Positions 39,532-51,976 of a stretch of 64,000 nt of DNA are shown one piece after another. Numbering within the stretch: position 1 is the stretch's first letter; each line of letters starts with the position of its first letter. A model generated the notes under the pieces. That model saw only the letters and a program-made list of their open reading frames with translations, did not search any database and had not been told where the DNA came from. This DNA comes from Octopus vulgaris (taxonomy: Eukaryota), in NCBI GenBank assembly GCA_951406725.2, contig OX597821.1:54126001-54190000 (forward strand), given 5' to 3'. The position numbers and the translations under genes are program-made.

Positions 39532-40240
39532 GTTAGTTAGTTAGTTAGTTAATTTGGCTCAAAAGCAAATAGCAAGGCCATGTAGGGGGACATGGAGTTA
39601 AGTACAGGGTGGTGTTCATGTAAAGAGTTCAGGCCACTTGAGGTCAAGGGAGGCTTTGAACAAAGCGGTCGTCGGCATCTTCACCATCTCGTCTGGCAGC
39701 TTGTTCCACGGATCCGCAACCCGGACGGAGAAAGCTCCTCTCCTTCGATTGAGATGAAATCGTCGCAGATAGAGCTTTTCGGAATGACCCCGCAGCCGAC
39801 GCTCTGGAGCAGGAGTGAAGAACAGCTCTTTCGAGAGGTTACACTTTCCGCTTATGATGTTGTGGGCGAGAATGAGATCACCACGGCGGCGGCGTTTTTC
39901 AAGAGAATAAAGGTCGAGCGTCCTCAGCCTTTCTTCGTAGGACAAATTTTTGAGACCATGAACCATGCGGGTAGCCAGCTTCTGGACTCTTTCGAGATGC
40001 TGTATGTCTTTGAGGAGATAAGGAGAAGAGGCTTGAATCCCATACTCCAATATGGGTCTCACCAGCGTGACATAGAGTGGCAGGAATATGGCTGCTGTGA
40101 GCATTCTGAATGACCGTCGAATCAAGAACAGAATTCCGTGTGCTTTGTTGGCAGCATGGACGCACTGGGCCGAAGGCGAAAAGGAGGAATCCACCAAGAT
40201 ACCTAGGTCCTTTACCTGATCGGTCCTCTCCAGCAGCAGA
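39532..40240 (-). mobile_element. CR1-clade LINE 3' end, 5'-truncated, open frame
   Basis: KDLGILVD, LYVTLVRPILEY, LERVQKLATR, YEERL..L.LYSLEKRR.RGDLI, RGH, FSVRV...WN.LP; short UTR and (TAAC)n tail at 39532-39551. Confidence 0.92.
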
Positions 40241-40482
40241 TTTATATTCAGATTTACTCTGACAAATGTAGAAGCCCAGTTTCTGCCCTCTATAATTAAT
40301 ATCATGTTGTTGTTGATGCCAGTACTGTTGTTTTTTGTTATAGTTGTTGTTGTCATTGTTGTTTTTGCATCAGTCTGTTCTTCCTTTACTACTACCAATG
40401 GTAGTCAAGCTAGTAATGTTTGAGTTGAGGCCAGCGATTTAACCAGTATTGGGCAGAGGAATCATTCCCCCTCCTATTTATA

Positions 40483-40890
40483 GGCGTAGGAGTGGCTGTG
40501 TGGTAAGTAGCTTGCTTATGAATCTCATGGTTCCGGATTCAGTCCCACCGCATGGCACCTTGGGCAAGTGTCTTCTACTATAGCCTCAGGCCGACCAAGG
40601 CCTTGTGAGTGGACTTGGTAGACGGAAACTGAAAGAAGCCCGTCGTATATATGTATATATATATATATGTATGTGTGTATATTTTTGCCCCCCCCCCCCC
40701 CAACATCACTTGACAACAAATGGTGGTGTGTTTACGTCCCCATAACTTAGCAGTTCGGCAAAAGAGACTGATAGAATAAGTACTAGGCTTACAAAGAATA
40801 AGTCTTGAGGTCGATTTGCTCGACTAAAGGTGCTGCTCCAGCATGGCCACAGTCACATGACTGAAAGAAGTAAAAGAGTAAAAAAGAGTA
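40483..40890 (+). mobile_element. SINE family B, full length
   Basis: GGCGTAGGAGTGGCTGTGTGGTAAG...GACTGAAAGAAGTAAAAGAG. Confidence 0.92.
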
Positions 40891-41254
40891 AATGATGAAG
40901 TTTTTGTTGTCAGATGGGTGTCCTTTAGTGTCAAAAATTACTGTCCCCTACTTCACAAAATATCCAAAAAACACTAAATAAAGTAACTAATTTCAAACAA
41001 AAACAACAAAATTTTTATGAGCCAAAGTGAAGCACAGCCAACATTTAACAACAACAACAACAATAATGATCTCAAATATTGAAGGAGGAAGGGGAGGAAA
41101 GGAAGGAGAAAAGAAGGAGGAAGGGGAGGAGAAAAGAAGGAGGAAGAGGAGGAGAAAAGAAGGAGGAAGAGGAGGAGAAAAGAAGGAGGAAGAGGAGGAG
41201 AAAAGAAGGAGGAGGGAGGATGATGATGATGATAATTTTTTATTTGTATATGTA

Positions 41255-41362
41255 TGAGCCTGGTGCAGCCTTCTGGCTTCCCAGATCCCAGTTGAACCGT
41301 CCAACCCATGCTAGCATGGAAAACGGACGTTAAAAGATGATGATGATGATGATGATGATGAT
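41255..41362 (+). mobile_element. RTE 3' UTR tip with (GAT)n tail
   Basis: Reverse complement of 33263-33370. Confidence 0.8.
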
Positions 41363-41900
41363 GGTTTGTTCATTTATTTTGCTTGTTAAACATTTTACTG
41401 TAGTTATGTTAATAGCATTTTAATAGCAGTATAATGACTTATCTCGTAAGAAATGTAATAAACAGAATTTTAAAGTTATACTGAAATGAGAGTTAACATT
41501 AATAAATTAATACCAATTAAACAAATATTAACACTTCGATGGATGGTAAACACAAAATCTTCATTCCATTTATATAATATATTTAAAGATCAATTCTAAC
41601 AGTTCTGTCATGTTAGATATGCAATTATCTCACTAATTGTTGTTGCAGTTCTTATATAATTTAACTGTTCTTCTGATTTGCTATCAATTAGATTTTTCAC
41701 TATTGCTTTGTAAAATTGAGTTTAATTTTCTGTCAAGTTGTTATGTCATGTTCTATTTAAACTTCAATAAGCAGATTACTGAACCATTCAACTCATTAGA
41801 AAATACTTCAACAAATCCGACAAATGTATTAAAAAGTGATTACTTCCTTTGTATTTATGATATCTGCAATTCAATTATTACTGATTTCACAAATTTTTAG

Positions 41901-41933
41901 ATATACGGCAATAAATTTCGAAAGAATAGACAG
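41901..41933 (+). CDS. Candidate 33-nt coding exon of an unknown host gene
   Basis: CTGAT..TTTTTAG acceptor and consensus CAG|GTGAGT donor; length divisible by 3; phase-2 reading YTAINFERID joins in frame to 43071. Confidence 0.38.
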
Positions 41934-42152
41934 GTGAGTGTTAAACCAATCTCAAAATACGATGGTTGGGTGTTGTTTATTTTTTAATAAGTTTTTGAGC
42001 TTGGAAAATTGAAAGGCAATATTCATGGCAGCAGGATTTGATCTTGGTAATATTTAGTGAAGTAACTCACAAATGCATGTCATTTTATCAACCACTCTAT
42101 CAATCCTGACAACAGACAAATCTATTATCATTATCATTGTTATTATTATTAT

Positions 42153-42688
42153 TGAGTGAGAGTCCAGCACATGCCATCAAAGTGACACTGAGGTACAAAT
42201 ATATGAAGCCATCATGACTACCCATCTGGGTACACCAGGCTCATGCATCACAATCAAATGTGCGCAACATGGTGATCTCATATCAAGAATGACAGTGCAT
42301 GACCTAGCAGTTAGAATTTTCTTCAGGTTAAGTAGCCCATCCCATTCAAAAGGTCCCTGAATAAGGGTTGTTTAAGGAGGATTAACAAAACACACATGTT
42401 TCCAGAAGTGAATTAATTATTTAATCCTCAAAGAATTCCTCTCAACACATAGCTATGATGTTGCCCCACTATTTCTGCTTGTGATCAGGGATGCACATAT
42501 CGTCAGCCACTAAGGAAAATACTCAACTGGTTATGGTCAAACAACAGACAAGCAAATCTGTGATATTGAGCAGAATATTTGCTGTAGCCCATCTTTTATA
42601 TCAAGACAAACATGTATATGATAACACTTCCAATCAGTTAAAATAAGAAGCCATGAGAGCCAGTGCCAGGTATGGCAACAAGGCATTT
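42153..42688 (-). mobile_element. Longest, more diverged copy of the ~540-bp (AAT)n-embedded element
   Basis: Reverse complement of 8744-9245 plus ~55 bp of extra 5' sequence; flanked by (ATT)n on both sides. Confidence 0.88.
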
Positions 42689-43070
42689 ATTATTATTATT
42701 ATTATTATTATTGTGGTGGCTATGTTGTAGAATCATTACTGCCTCAATAAACTCTGTCTGACTCATGCAAGCAAAGAAAAGTAAATGTTAAAAGGATGAT
42801 GATGACGATAAAGATGGTGGTAGTGACAATGACGATGATGATATATAATATATATGCATGTGTGTGTATGTTTATATGTGTGTGAGTGTGTGTGAGTGTG
42901 TGTGTGGGTGTATGTGCATGTGCATGCATTGTGTGCACATGCACACACATATGTTTATGTCTATAGTGGAGATATGTATCCAAGTAGGTTTTTATACTTT
43001 TATTTTATTATATGCATTTGTGAACATAAAAAGCAGATATAAAAATTTTAACTTTTTCTCTGCAACGTAG

Positions 43071-43216
43071 ATTGACCAACACAATATGTCTTGGGCGAAT
43101 TACTAGCACTGACTGGGCTATGTGCCAGAATGTAAATTACTATCAAGCCTGGTTTTGCTGTGTCAGCAGAGGAAGTAATATATTCTCGGAAAAGTTTCTT
43201 CAATTTATTTCCCTCG
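43071..43216 (+). CDS. Candidate coding exon of an unknown host gene
   Basis: TTTAAC branch-like motif, pyrimidine tract and TAG acceptor; open phase-2 frame LTNTICLGRITSTDWAMCQNVNYYQAWFCC...; donor G|GTAATA moderate; no recognised homology. Confidence 0.32.
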
Positions 43217-43324
43217 GTAATATATATCCAGAAATATATACCACCTCTTCAATAGCTATTGATGCTTCTTAGAGACAGGATTTTAAATTTCCAGTTTATT
43301 CGAAATATGTTTTAGTAATGTAAA

Positions 43325-43950
43325 TTGGTGGATTGAGAGATGAAATATTAGAGTACCAGGCAAAAGGTTATGTAGTATTTGTTCCAGTAGAGATAAACTC
43401 AATATTCTTTTCTACACTAGGCACAAGGCCTGAAATTTTGTGGGAGGAAGCCAGTTGATCAGATCGATCCCCGTAAGCAATGGGTACTTAATTTATCAAC
43501 CCCGAAGTGGTGAAAGGCAAAGTTGACCTCGGCAGAATTTGAACTCAGAACGCATAGACAGACAAAATACCGCTAAGCATTTCATCTGGCATACTAACGC
43601 TTCTGCCAACTCACCACCTTGAGCTAAACTCAATATTATCTTTCATGTTGAGGTGGAATGCTGGTAGAATTGTTAGGATGCCAAGTAAAATGTATTGTGG
43701 AATTTCATTTGTCTTTATGTTCTGAGTTCAAATCCTGCCGTGGTTCATAAAATAAGTACCAGTTGAATATTGGGTTGATATAATCGACTTATCTCCTCCC
43801 TGAAATTGCTGGCCTTGTGTCAAAAATTGAAACCAATATTATCTTTCATCCTTCCAGGGTTGATACAGTAAAATACTAGTTACTCGTAAATATTGTCTTT
43901 GGTATAAGTGACTTTCTTTTCTCCAAATTTATGGACTTGTGCCACCATAA
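43325..43950. mobile_element. Three nested family-A SINEs (old + host; minus insert 43407-43624; plus insert 43647-43833)
   Basis: TSD TAAACTCAATATT (43394-43406/43625-43637) and TSD CAATATTATCTTTCAT (43631-43646/43834-43849). Confidence 0.82.
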
Positions 43951-44157
43951 ATTTTATTTTAAAGTTTTTCCTCGTATCTGTACTAAATTGTCTTATTTCT
44001 GTATGCAATCTTTTTCACATTCTTCATGTTTATTTTACAACTTGCCTAAACAATAGGGGAGTTCAGTAATGTGCCACCCTGCAAGTGAGTTAAAGTTCGG
44101 ACTGCTCCACAGAATCTTTCATGTAACTTAGTCTAGGAATGTATATTCTACTGGAAG

Positions 44158-45038
44158 TATGAGGTGGTACCAAGAGGTTCTTGACCTAGTTATATTGATT
44201 AAAAAAATTAACTTATTTACCTAAGTTTTAACATTATTGCCTTTGAAATAGTCACCTTGTGCAGCAATTCAATAGTCCCAACATTCCTGCCATTTTTTAA
44301 ATCCGGCCTGGAAGTTGTTTTGCATAAGTGAGTCAAGGGCTTTCAGCAATTCGCTATTGATCTCAACAACAGAGTTAAAACAGTGACCTTTGAGCTGCAT
44401 TTTCATCTTGGGGAAGAGAGGAAAGTCTGCAAGTGCTAAATCTGGCGAATAGGGTGAGTGTAGAAATGATGCCGTGTTTTTGGTGAAAATCTCATGAGTG
44501 AGAGACCTCAATGACAGGGTGCATTAACGTCATGATACAGTCCCTTTCACTGAATATCCCTCCTCAAATGCTTCAAAACATCCCAGTAGAACTCTCAACT
44601 GACAGTTTGGCCCTGGAGGACAAATTCTCAATGCATACTACCACAGATGTTGAAAATACGATGAGCATGCTCTTGATTGAGCTGTGGCTCTTTAGTGCAC
44701 CCATGCCACTTGAATCATTGTATACAACCCATTGCCTCGTTCCCGTAAGCTTGTCAAAGCATGCTCAATGTTTCTGTGGCAGACTTCCCAAGTTTTAAAC
44801 ATGATTTCTCATTGGCTCTTTGTTCCAGCTTCCTGTCCAGGACAAAAATCGCAGACTACAGCATACACGTGATTACAAAAACACAAATTTCACAACTTGT
44901 AAAGTTAATACAACAATGTCACTTGGCACACTGACTCAGGAAGGTCCCTGATAGCTCACACTGTGTACACAACTGTATGCTGCCACCTGTTGGTATGCTA
45001 TAGAACTAATCCCGTAAACTTTTTGATAGCACCTCATA
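44158..45038 (-). mobile_element. mariner (DD34D) element, internally deleted, with TIRs
   Basis: HSPYSPDLALADFPLFPKMKMQLKG..F...FKKW..W; imperfect ~34-bp TIRs TATGAGGTG(G/C)TA(C/T)CAA...TAGTT with TA ends. Confidence 0.88.
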
Positions 45039-45889
45039 TTGATGTTTATTATACCATAATACTTTTCACCATGTCTATAGCTAAATACTTAGTTTTAAAA
45101 TTTGGCAGTACTTGCTCTCAAACATTGACCTTATAGAAATAGAGTAATGCTGTCTGTACCAACCAGGGTTGTTACCTATCATGAGTTTCTGAGAGTAGTT
45201 ACGGCTATTCCAAAAGTTTAATATTTAATGCCCTAACATACAGCAAATTTGAAAAACTAGTCTCAAATGGAACATCAACACAGTCTCTCAGGATGCAAAA
45301 GAGATAGCAGTTAAACGACTCCCTTTTTTGATAGGTGGAAGGGTTACATATATTGTTGACACATTACAATAAAGGTCTAATGGAAGGTTTGCAGTTAATA
45401 TATTCAAAACTATATCTGACACTATATCTAAATGCAGAAAAGCATCATAAAATGCAAAATGTAAAGACTCGAAAAGAGAAGAAATAGAACAAATACTGAA
45501 ATGGGAAATTCATGACATCCACAACACAGCATATGATATGAAAGATCCTGAGACAGGTTCAATGATGAGAAATTTAACTGTTTGATCAACTGAAATGCCA
45601 ACCCATTAAATTAATATGTATGTGTAGCCCATGGACATGTGTAGCCTTTATACTATTCTTCAGCTGAATTACATTTCAAGGCTAGGCATTAAAAGTACTG
45701 GTACATTCCATTTTATGGGCTTCACATAGTTTCTGTCAAACACTTGCAATAAAAGCTGGCTAATTTATTATCTGTAAGAACCTGAGAAGTTCCCTCCATC
45801 TCACCATTTCTCTTACTGATGTTTAACCATTAACTTACAACAGTTAACTTTAACAAATACAGTGGAGTAAAACATCAGTGGGCAATATC

Positions 45890-46135
45890 TTTTGCTTGTT
45901 TCAGTCCTTAGACTGTGGCCATGCTGGAGCGTTACCTTGAAGGATATTTTATTGAATGAACCGACACCAGTACTTATTTTTCATTAAGCCTGGTATTTAT
46001 TCTATTGGTCTCTTTTGCTGAACTACTAAGTTATTAGGACATAAACACACCAACACCAGTTGTCAAGAGGTAGTAGGGGACAAACACACACACACACGTG
46101 CACACACACACACATGTGCGCACACACACACATGT

Positions 46136-46172
<37 letters not shown>

Positions 46173-46330
46173 ACAAGCTTCTTTCAATTTCCATCTACCA
46201 AATCCACTCAAACGGCTTTGGTCAGCCTGAGACTATAGTAAAAGACATTTGCCCAAGATGCCAAACAGTGGGACTAAACCTGCAACCATATGGTTGGAAA
46301 ACAAGCTTCTTACCATGCAGCCATGCTTGC
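45890..46330 (-). mobile_element. SINE family B, diverged
   Basis: ttgtttcagtc..ggccatgctggagc..ctaccaaatccactca..ttgcccaagatgcc..gggactaaacc. Confidence 0.85.
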
Positions 46331-46904
46331 TTGCTTATGATTTTTGTCATATTTGCACTATCACAACAGCTTGAACACGGATCCTCAAATTGGCAATTTT
46401 TTTTTTTTTCTTCTTGACAACTGTCTAACATCAGACTAGCTTTGCATCAACAGACATGCCAATGTCTTAACTTTACAATCAACTGGTGTAATAATCTGTC
46501 ATTCCATAAGATGCTGAGAATCAATGATGCATGTAAAAAGAAGTGTGCATCATCACTTTCTTCTCAAGCAGCTTCTATGGTTACTCTCTCAGCAGATGTG
46601 TCTATATCATGGTTTTTTCAGAACACTTCTTTGAATAGATTTGTTTTGTTCTCTTTTATTTTGTTTTATATGAGAATATTGTTTTCCTAATGTCAAACTT
46701 GAAATGCTATATCATATGTACTTTGCAAAATGGTTATTATAGTTTGCTGAGCTACACGGATTTATCAACCAGTAGAAAATGCTAATAAAGCCATTGTTAA
46801 ATATTATCTTGTAGTTTTGTTTATCACAGACTAAATTTATCATTTCTCTGTAAGTTCTTCAGTATGTACGAAGTTGTATGTTTATGTAGTTCATGCCATC
46901 TCTA

Positions 46905-47473
46905 TGTCTAGCCCAGAGTCAAATGTCTTTATTGGCTGTTTCTGTATATGGGCCATCAGTGAAGTCATAAACATACAGTGAAAGAAATTGTGTCTAATAA
47001 TAATAGTAGTAGTAATAATAATAATAATAATAATAGGTCAATACCACAGATTTGCTTGTCAGTTGTTTGACCTTAACCAGTTGAGCATGTCCCTTAGTGG
47101 CTGACGATATGTGCATCTCTGATCACGAGCAGAAGTAGTGGGGGAGCATCATGGCCATGTGTTGGGGGGATTCTTTGGGGTTTGAATAATTCACCTCTGG
47201 AAACATGGGTGGTTCTTTCAACATCCTTAAACAACCCTTATTCAGAGACCTTTTGAGTGGGATGGGCTACTCAACCTGAAGAAAATTCTAACTGGGCCCC
47301 ACCTGCAAGGTCATGTGCTGTTTATCTTGATATGAGATCACCATGTCGCGCACATATGGTTGTGATGCATGTGCCTGGTGTACCTTTATCAGACGGGTAG
47401 TCATGATGGGTATATTGGGCTTTGTATATTTTACCCCAGTGTCACTTTGATGGCATGCACTGCTCTTTCACTC

Positions 47474-47506
<33 letters not shown>

Positions 47507-47835
47507 CATAATCCTTTCTACTATAGGCATAAGGCCTGAACATTTGGGAGAGTGAGATAGTCAATAAGATCGACTGGCCCTCCCTCCTCCAAAATTTCGG
47601 GCCTTGTGTCTAGCCCAGAGTCAAATGTCTTTATTGGCTGTTTCTGTATATGGGCCATCAGTGAAGTCATAAACATACAGTGAAAGAAATTGTGTCTAAT
47701 AATAATTATAGTAGTAATAATAATAATAATAATCATAATCCTTTCTACTATAGGCATAAGGCCTGAACATTTGGGAGAGTGAGATAGTCAATAAGATCGA
47801 CTGGCCCTCCCTCCTCCAAAATTTCGGGCCTTGTG
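46905..47835 (+). repeat. Tandem ~229-bp duplication; first copy interrupted by the AAT-embedded element
   Basis: 46905-47035 matches 47607-47730 and 47505-47608 matches 47733-47835, near-identical. Confidence 0.9.
47036..47474 (+). mobile_element. ~540-bp (AAT)n-embedded element, more strongly 5'-truncated copy
   Basis: Matches 8810-9245 with the same 3' end CACTCA-(ATA)n. Confidence 0.9.
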
Positions 47836-47974
47836 CCTTGAGTAGAAAAGAATAATAATGCCTGAGGTCCTTGTTGGGACTTTACAGACAGTGCAAAACC
47901 CCAGTACCAAACAATATCTTTGATCAACAATGTCACGATATTGGATACTGTGTGACTCAATAAATGATAATAAT

Positions 47975-48027
<53 letters not shown>

Positions 48028-48028
<1 letters not shown>

Positions 48029-48233
48029 CCTTTCTACTATAGGTACAATGCATAACATTTTTGGGGAAGGGGCAATCAATTAGATCGACCCCAGTATGCA
48101 AATGGTACTTAATTTATCGACCCCCAAAAGGATGAAAGGCAAAGTCAACCTCATCAGAATTTGAACTCAGAACATAGTGATGGACAAAATACCACTAAGC
48201 ATTTCATCCAACGTGCTAGAAATTCTGCCATCT
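48028..48233 (-). mobile_element. SINE family A between (AAT)n tracts
   Basis: cctttctactatagg..gatcgaccccag..ggatgaaaggcaaagtc..atttgaactcagaac..ttctgcca. Confidence 0.88.
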
Positions 48234-48271
48234 TAATAATAATAATAATAATAATGATAATAATAATAATG

Positions 48272-48334
<63 letters not shown>

Positions 48335-48596
48335 GACAAGAGAAGGGTGCAATGAGATTGCAATAGATATTTTATTGATTGAATATTTTGATAGTAAGCC
48401 TGTCTTTATTGAGTTCAAAATGAAAAGTAATAAGAATTCAAAATTATAGAAATTCAAATCTAAAATACGAACAAGAGCAACCAGCATCTATATGTTGATA
48501 GAATGACATTATCAGTCTTCAAGTTTTAATTTAACAACTGGTGAAAAGAAAAAGAAAGAAAAAAAAGAGGAAAAAGGAAAAGAAAAAGAAGAATAT

Positions 48597-48955
48597 TTAA
48601 TCAAACAGTTTTGTGTAAATTTGATGAAATTCTCCTGGTATTTTATTCATTACTCCAGGGCGTGATGTTAGTAACCCACAAACATATTTCTCCTCGTGCA
48701 TTTTGAGTATTGAAAGTGTATCAGATTCTGAATATTTTCTGAGAATATGCACTTTCAAGTCTTTTTCAAAATTGCAGCCATTTGATGCAAAATGTTTGGC
48801 AAGATTTGTTGAACTACTATTATTGTACCTGATGTCATATCTGCACCCATAAAATCTTTTGTTTAATTGTTCCATTATACAACCAACATAAATCAAGTTG
48901 TGTTTCAAGCATTCTGCTGCATACACCAAATGGGAATCTCTACATGTCTCACCTA
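48597..48955 (-). mobile_element. Penelope-like GIY-YIG endonuclease fragment, open frame
   Basis: TC...LVY...C.KH...YVG....LNKRF....I....LAKHF....L..HE..Y...L.T..PGVMN. Confidence 0.85.
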
Positions 48956-49002
48956 TCATTATTATTATTATTATTTTATGTTTGACTTTTTCTTTACATT
49001 TG

Positions 49003-49520
49003 TATTGAGAGAAAAGTTGGGCTTAAGAAGAATTAGCTGCTGTGTGCAGAGAGAAGATGGCACTGGTTTGGTCCCGTGATGCATATAAATGAGGAATGTT
49101 GCATAAAGAAGTGCTATTCACTTAAAGTGGATGGAACTGGTGCAAGAGGGAGATCCAAGAAGACAAGAGATGAAGCACTGAATGTTGATCACTCCTTATC
49201 TTACTCTATAACTCAGTGTCCTTTCTTTTCTAATCAGGGTATCCATGTATCTACAGCAAGACACCTATCTCCGTTCCTCTATACCTTTTGATCTCTTAAC
49301 TGGCACAAAGACACCCTTTCCCTCAATACCACTCCCAGCTTCAATTTTGAGGGTTTTATTTTCTTAAAGTGGTTGGCATTAGGAAGGGCATCCAGCAATA
49401 GAAGCCATGCTAAAACAACTCCTGTCAAACTATTCAACTTGTGCCAGCATGGAAAACAGAAGTTAAATGATGATAGTGATGATGGATGATAACAACGATG
49501 ATGATGACAATGATGATTTC
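49003..49520 (+). mobile_element. RTE-LINE 3' end, decayed
   Basis: LREKLGL....RRWHWFG.VM...C.KKC..LKVDG...RGR.KKT; UTR ggttggcattaggaagggcatccagc; (GAT)n-like tail. Confidence 0.78.
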
Positions 49521-50159
49521 ATGAGAACAAATATTATGTTATGTACATAGAACACAAAACATTGCATCAAGTGGATAGGTAAGAATATTATAGCTAAAAT
49601 TTTCAATCTATTCAATTCAAAACACACTTTTCCATGGAACTGCAAGCAACTTATTTGACCTCACAATTGTGAAAAAGCAGTCAAAACTGAGAATATATTG
49701 TCAAATTTTAATATAATGAACATATTTATCTATTGTGCCCAGTATATTGATTTCAATAGTAGATAATGTTTGCACTATGCAAAATATATTACTAATATAT
49801 ATAGTAGAGCTCATACGTTATAATAGAGAGCCACCAATAATGTTGAGCTCTATACTATTCATACATTCTCTGAAACTTATATGTTATAATTTCAACAAAT
49901 ATACATACATACATACATACATACATACATACATACATAGATATATATATATACACACACACATACACACACACACAACCATATGCACACATATATATAT
50001 ATATATACACAAAAATCATACTTAAGAAATCAAAATTCTCTACAAGCCAAATTTTGATTTGCATGCATATATAATATATAATTTACATATATGCATTTCT
50101 CTCTCTCTCTCTTCCCTCCCTCTCTCCCTCTCCCTTTCTATACACACACACATATTCAT

Positions 50160-50186
50160 ACATACATATATATATATATATATACA

Positions 50187-50217
<31 letters not shown>

Positions 50218-50301
50218 ATACATATATACATACAGATATATATATATACATACATACAGATATATATATATACATACATATATATATATACACATACATA
50301 C

Positions 50302-50377
<76 letters not shown>

Positions 50378-50445
50378 CATACAGATATATATATATACAT
50401 ACATACAGATATATATATATATACATACATATATATATATATACA

Positions 50446-50482
<37 letters not shown>
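50160..50482. repeat. (TA)n/(TACA)n low-complexity tract
   Basis: Direct; similar tracts at 24230-24520, 38365-38675 and 55400-55616. Confidence 0.97.
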
Positions 50483-50485
<3 letters not shown>

Positions 50486-50993
50486 TTGTCTCTGTATTCT
50501 CTCTTTCTTATCTAGTTTATGCTATATTGAATAATTTCTCTATAATGCTTATATTGTGTAATTCATATTTAAATCTATACAGACCAAAATATAGTGAATT
50601 TCTAATAAAAGCTTATTTCATACTTCAATACAGGATATGATATAGAGATATTCTTAAAAGTATGATTATAAAATTGCCGGCTTACTAATCAATTTCTATT
50701 CTTTCATAACTGAATAAATAGAAATTTGCATATATTAATGATTTAATGTCCATTACACGTATATTACATATATGTACACTCATTTAGATACTAATGAATA
50801 TGTGTTTGTGCTCGTGTGTGAGTGTGCACACATATACATGTGTGTGTAAGCACATGTTTCTGTGTGCATGTGTGTGTGTATGTCCAACAAAATGTATTAT
50901 ATTTTGTGTGAGGATTTCATCACACATACACATGCATACACACGCATATATATTTGCACAAGCAAACACATAATTATAAGTGCATATGCATAT

Positions 50994-51040
<47 letters not shown>

Positions 51041-51201
51041 GGTGCAGGAGTGGCTGTGGTAAGTAGCTTGCTTACCAACCACATGGTTCCGGGTTCAGTC
51101 CCACTGCGTGGCACCTTGGGCAAGTGGCTTCTACTATAGCCTCGAGCCGACCAAAGCCTTGTGAGTGGATTTGGTAGACAGAAACTGAAAGAAGCCCATC
51201 G

Positions 51202-51287
<86 letters not shown>

Positions 51288-51510
51288 TGGGCATCTGTGT
51301 TTGTCCCCCTAACATCGCTTGACATCTGATGCTGGTGTGTTTACATCCCCGTAACTTAGCAGTTCAGCAAAAGAGACTGATAGAATAAGTACTAGGCTTA
51401 CAAAGAATATGTCCTGGGGTTGATTTGCTCAACTAAAGGTGGTGCTCCAGCATGGCCACAGTCAAATGACTGAAACAAGTAAAAGAGTAAAAGAGAGAGA
51501 GAGTAAAGAG
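51041..51510 (+). mobile_element. SINE family B, full length
   Basis: GGTGCAGGAGTGGCTGTGGTAAG...GACTGAAACAAGTAAAAGAG. Confidence 0.92.
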
Positions 51511-51976
51511 AATATATATATATATACTATTTTCTCACATTAGTTTATATATTACTATATATATAGTAAAAAGAATGGTTTACACCTGGTAGCTTACTGG
51601 TAAAGCATGGTCATTTCTCACAGTGATCGTTATGTATATGGTAAATGAATGACACGGAAGATGGAAGGTAGGAGAATTTATTAATAATCACAACAATTGT
51701 TTTGACACATCTAGCATTGATCCCTCATGTGTGGAACACTCAACAACTGGTTTAGGAGCATCCAGCAATGCAGATGTGTCGTATCTGGTGATAAATAGAT
51801 ACAACTCATTAAAATAACTGTTCCACAATGTATCTTCTCATTTCGTAGAAAGAATAGCAGCAAAATGAAGGAAATATCTTACATTTTTGCAGATGCTACT
51901 CTGAGTGTACACATGCCATGCAGCTTGTGCACGAGTGTTTATATATCCATATTTGTTAATGGTTATTTTTGATAGA

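Noticed and set aside
39592-40113. 173-aa plus-strand ORF
   Set aside because: Antisense shadow of the GC-rich CR1 frame.
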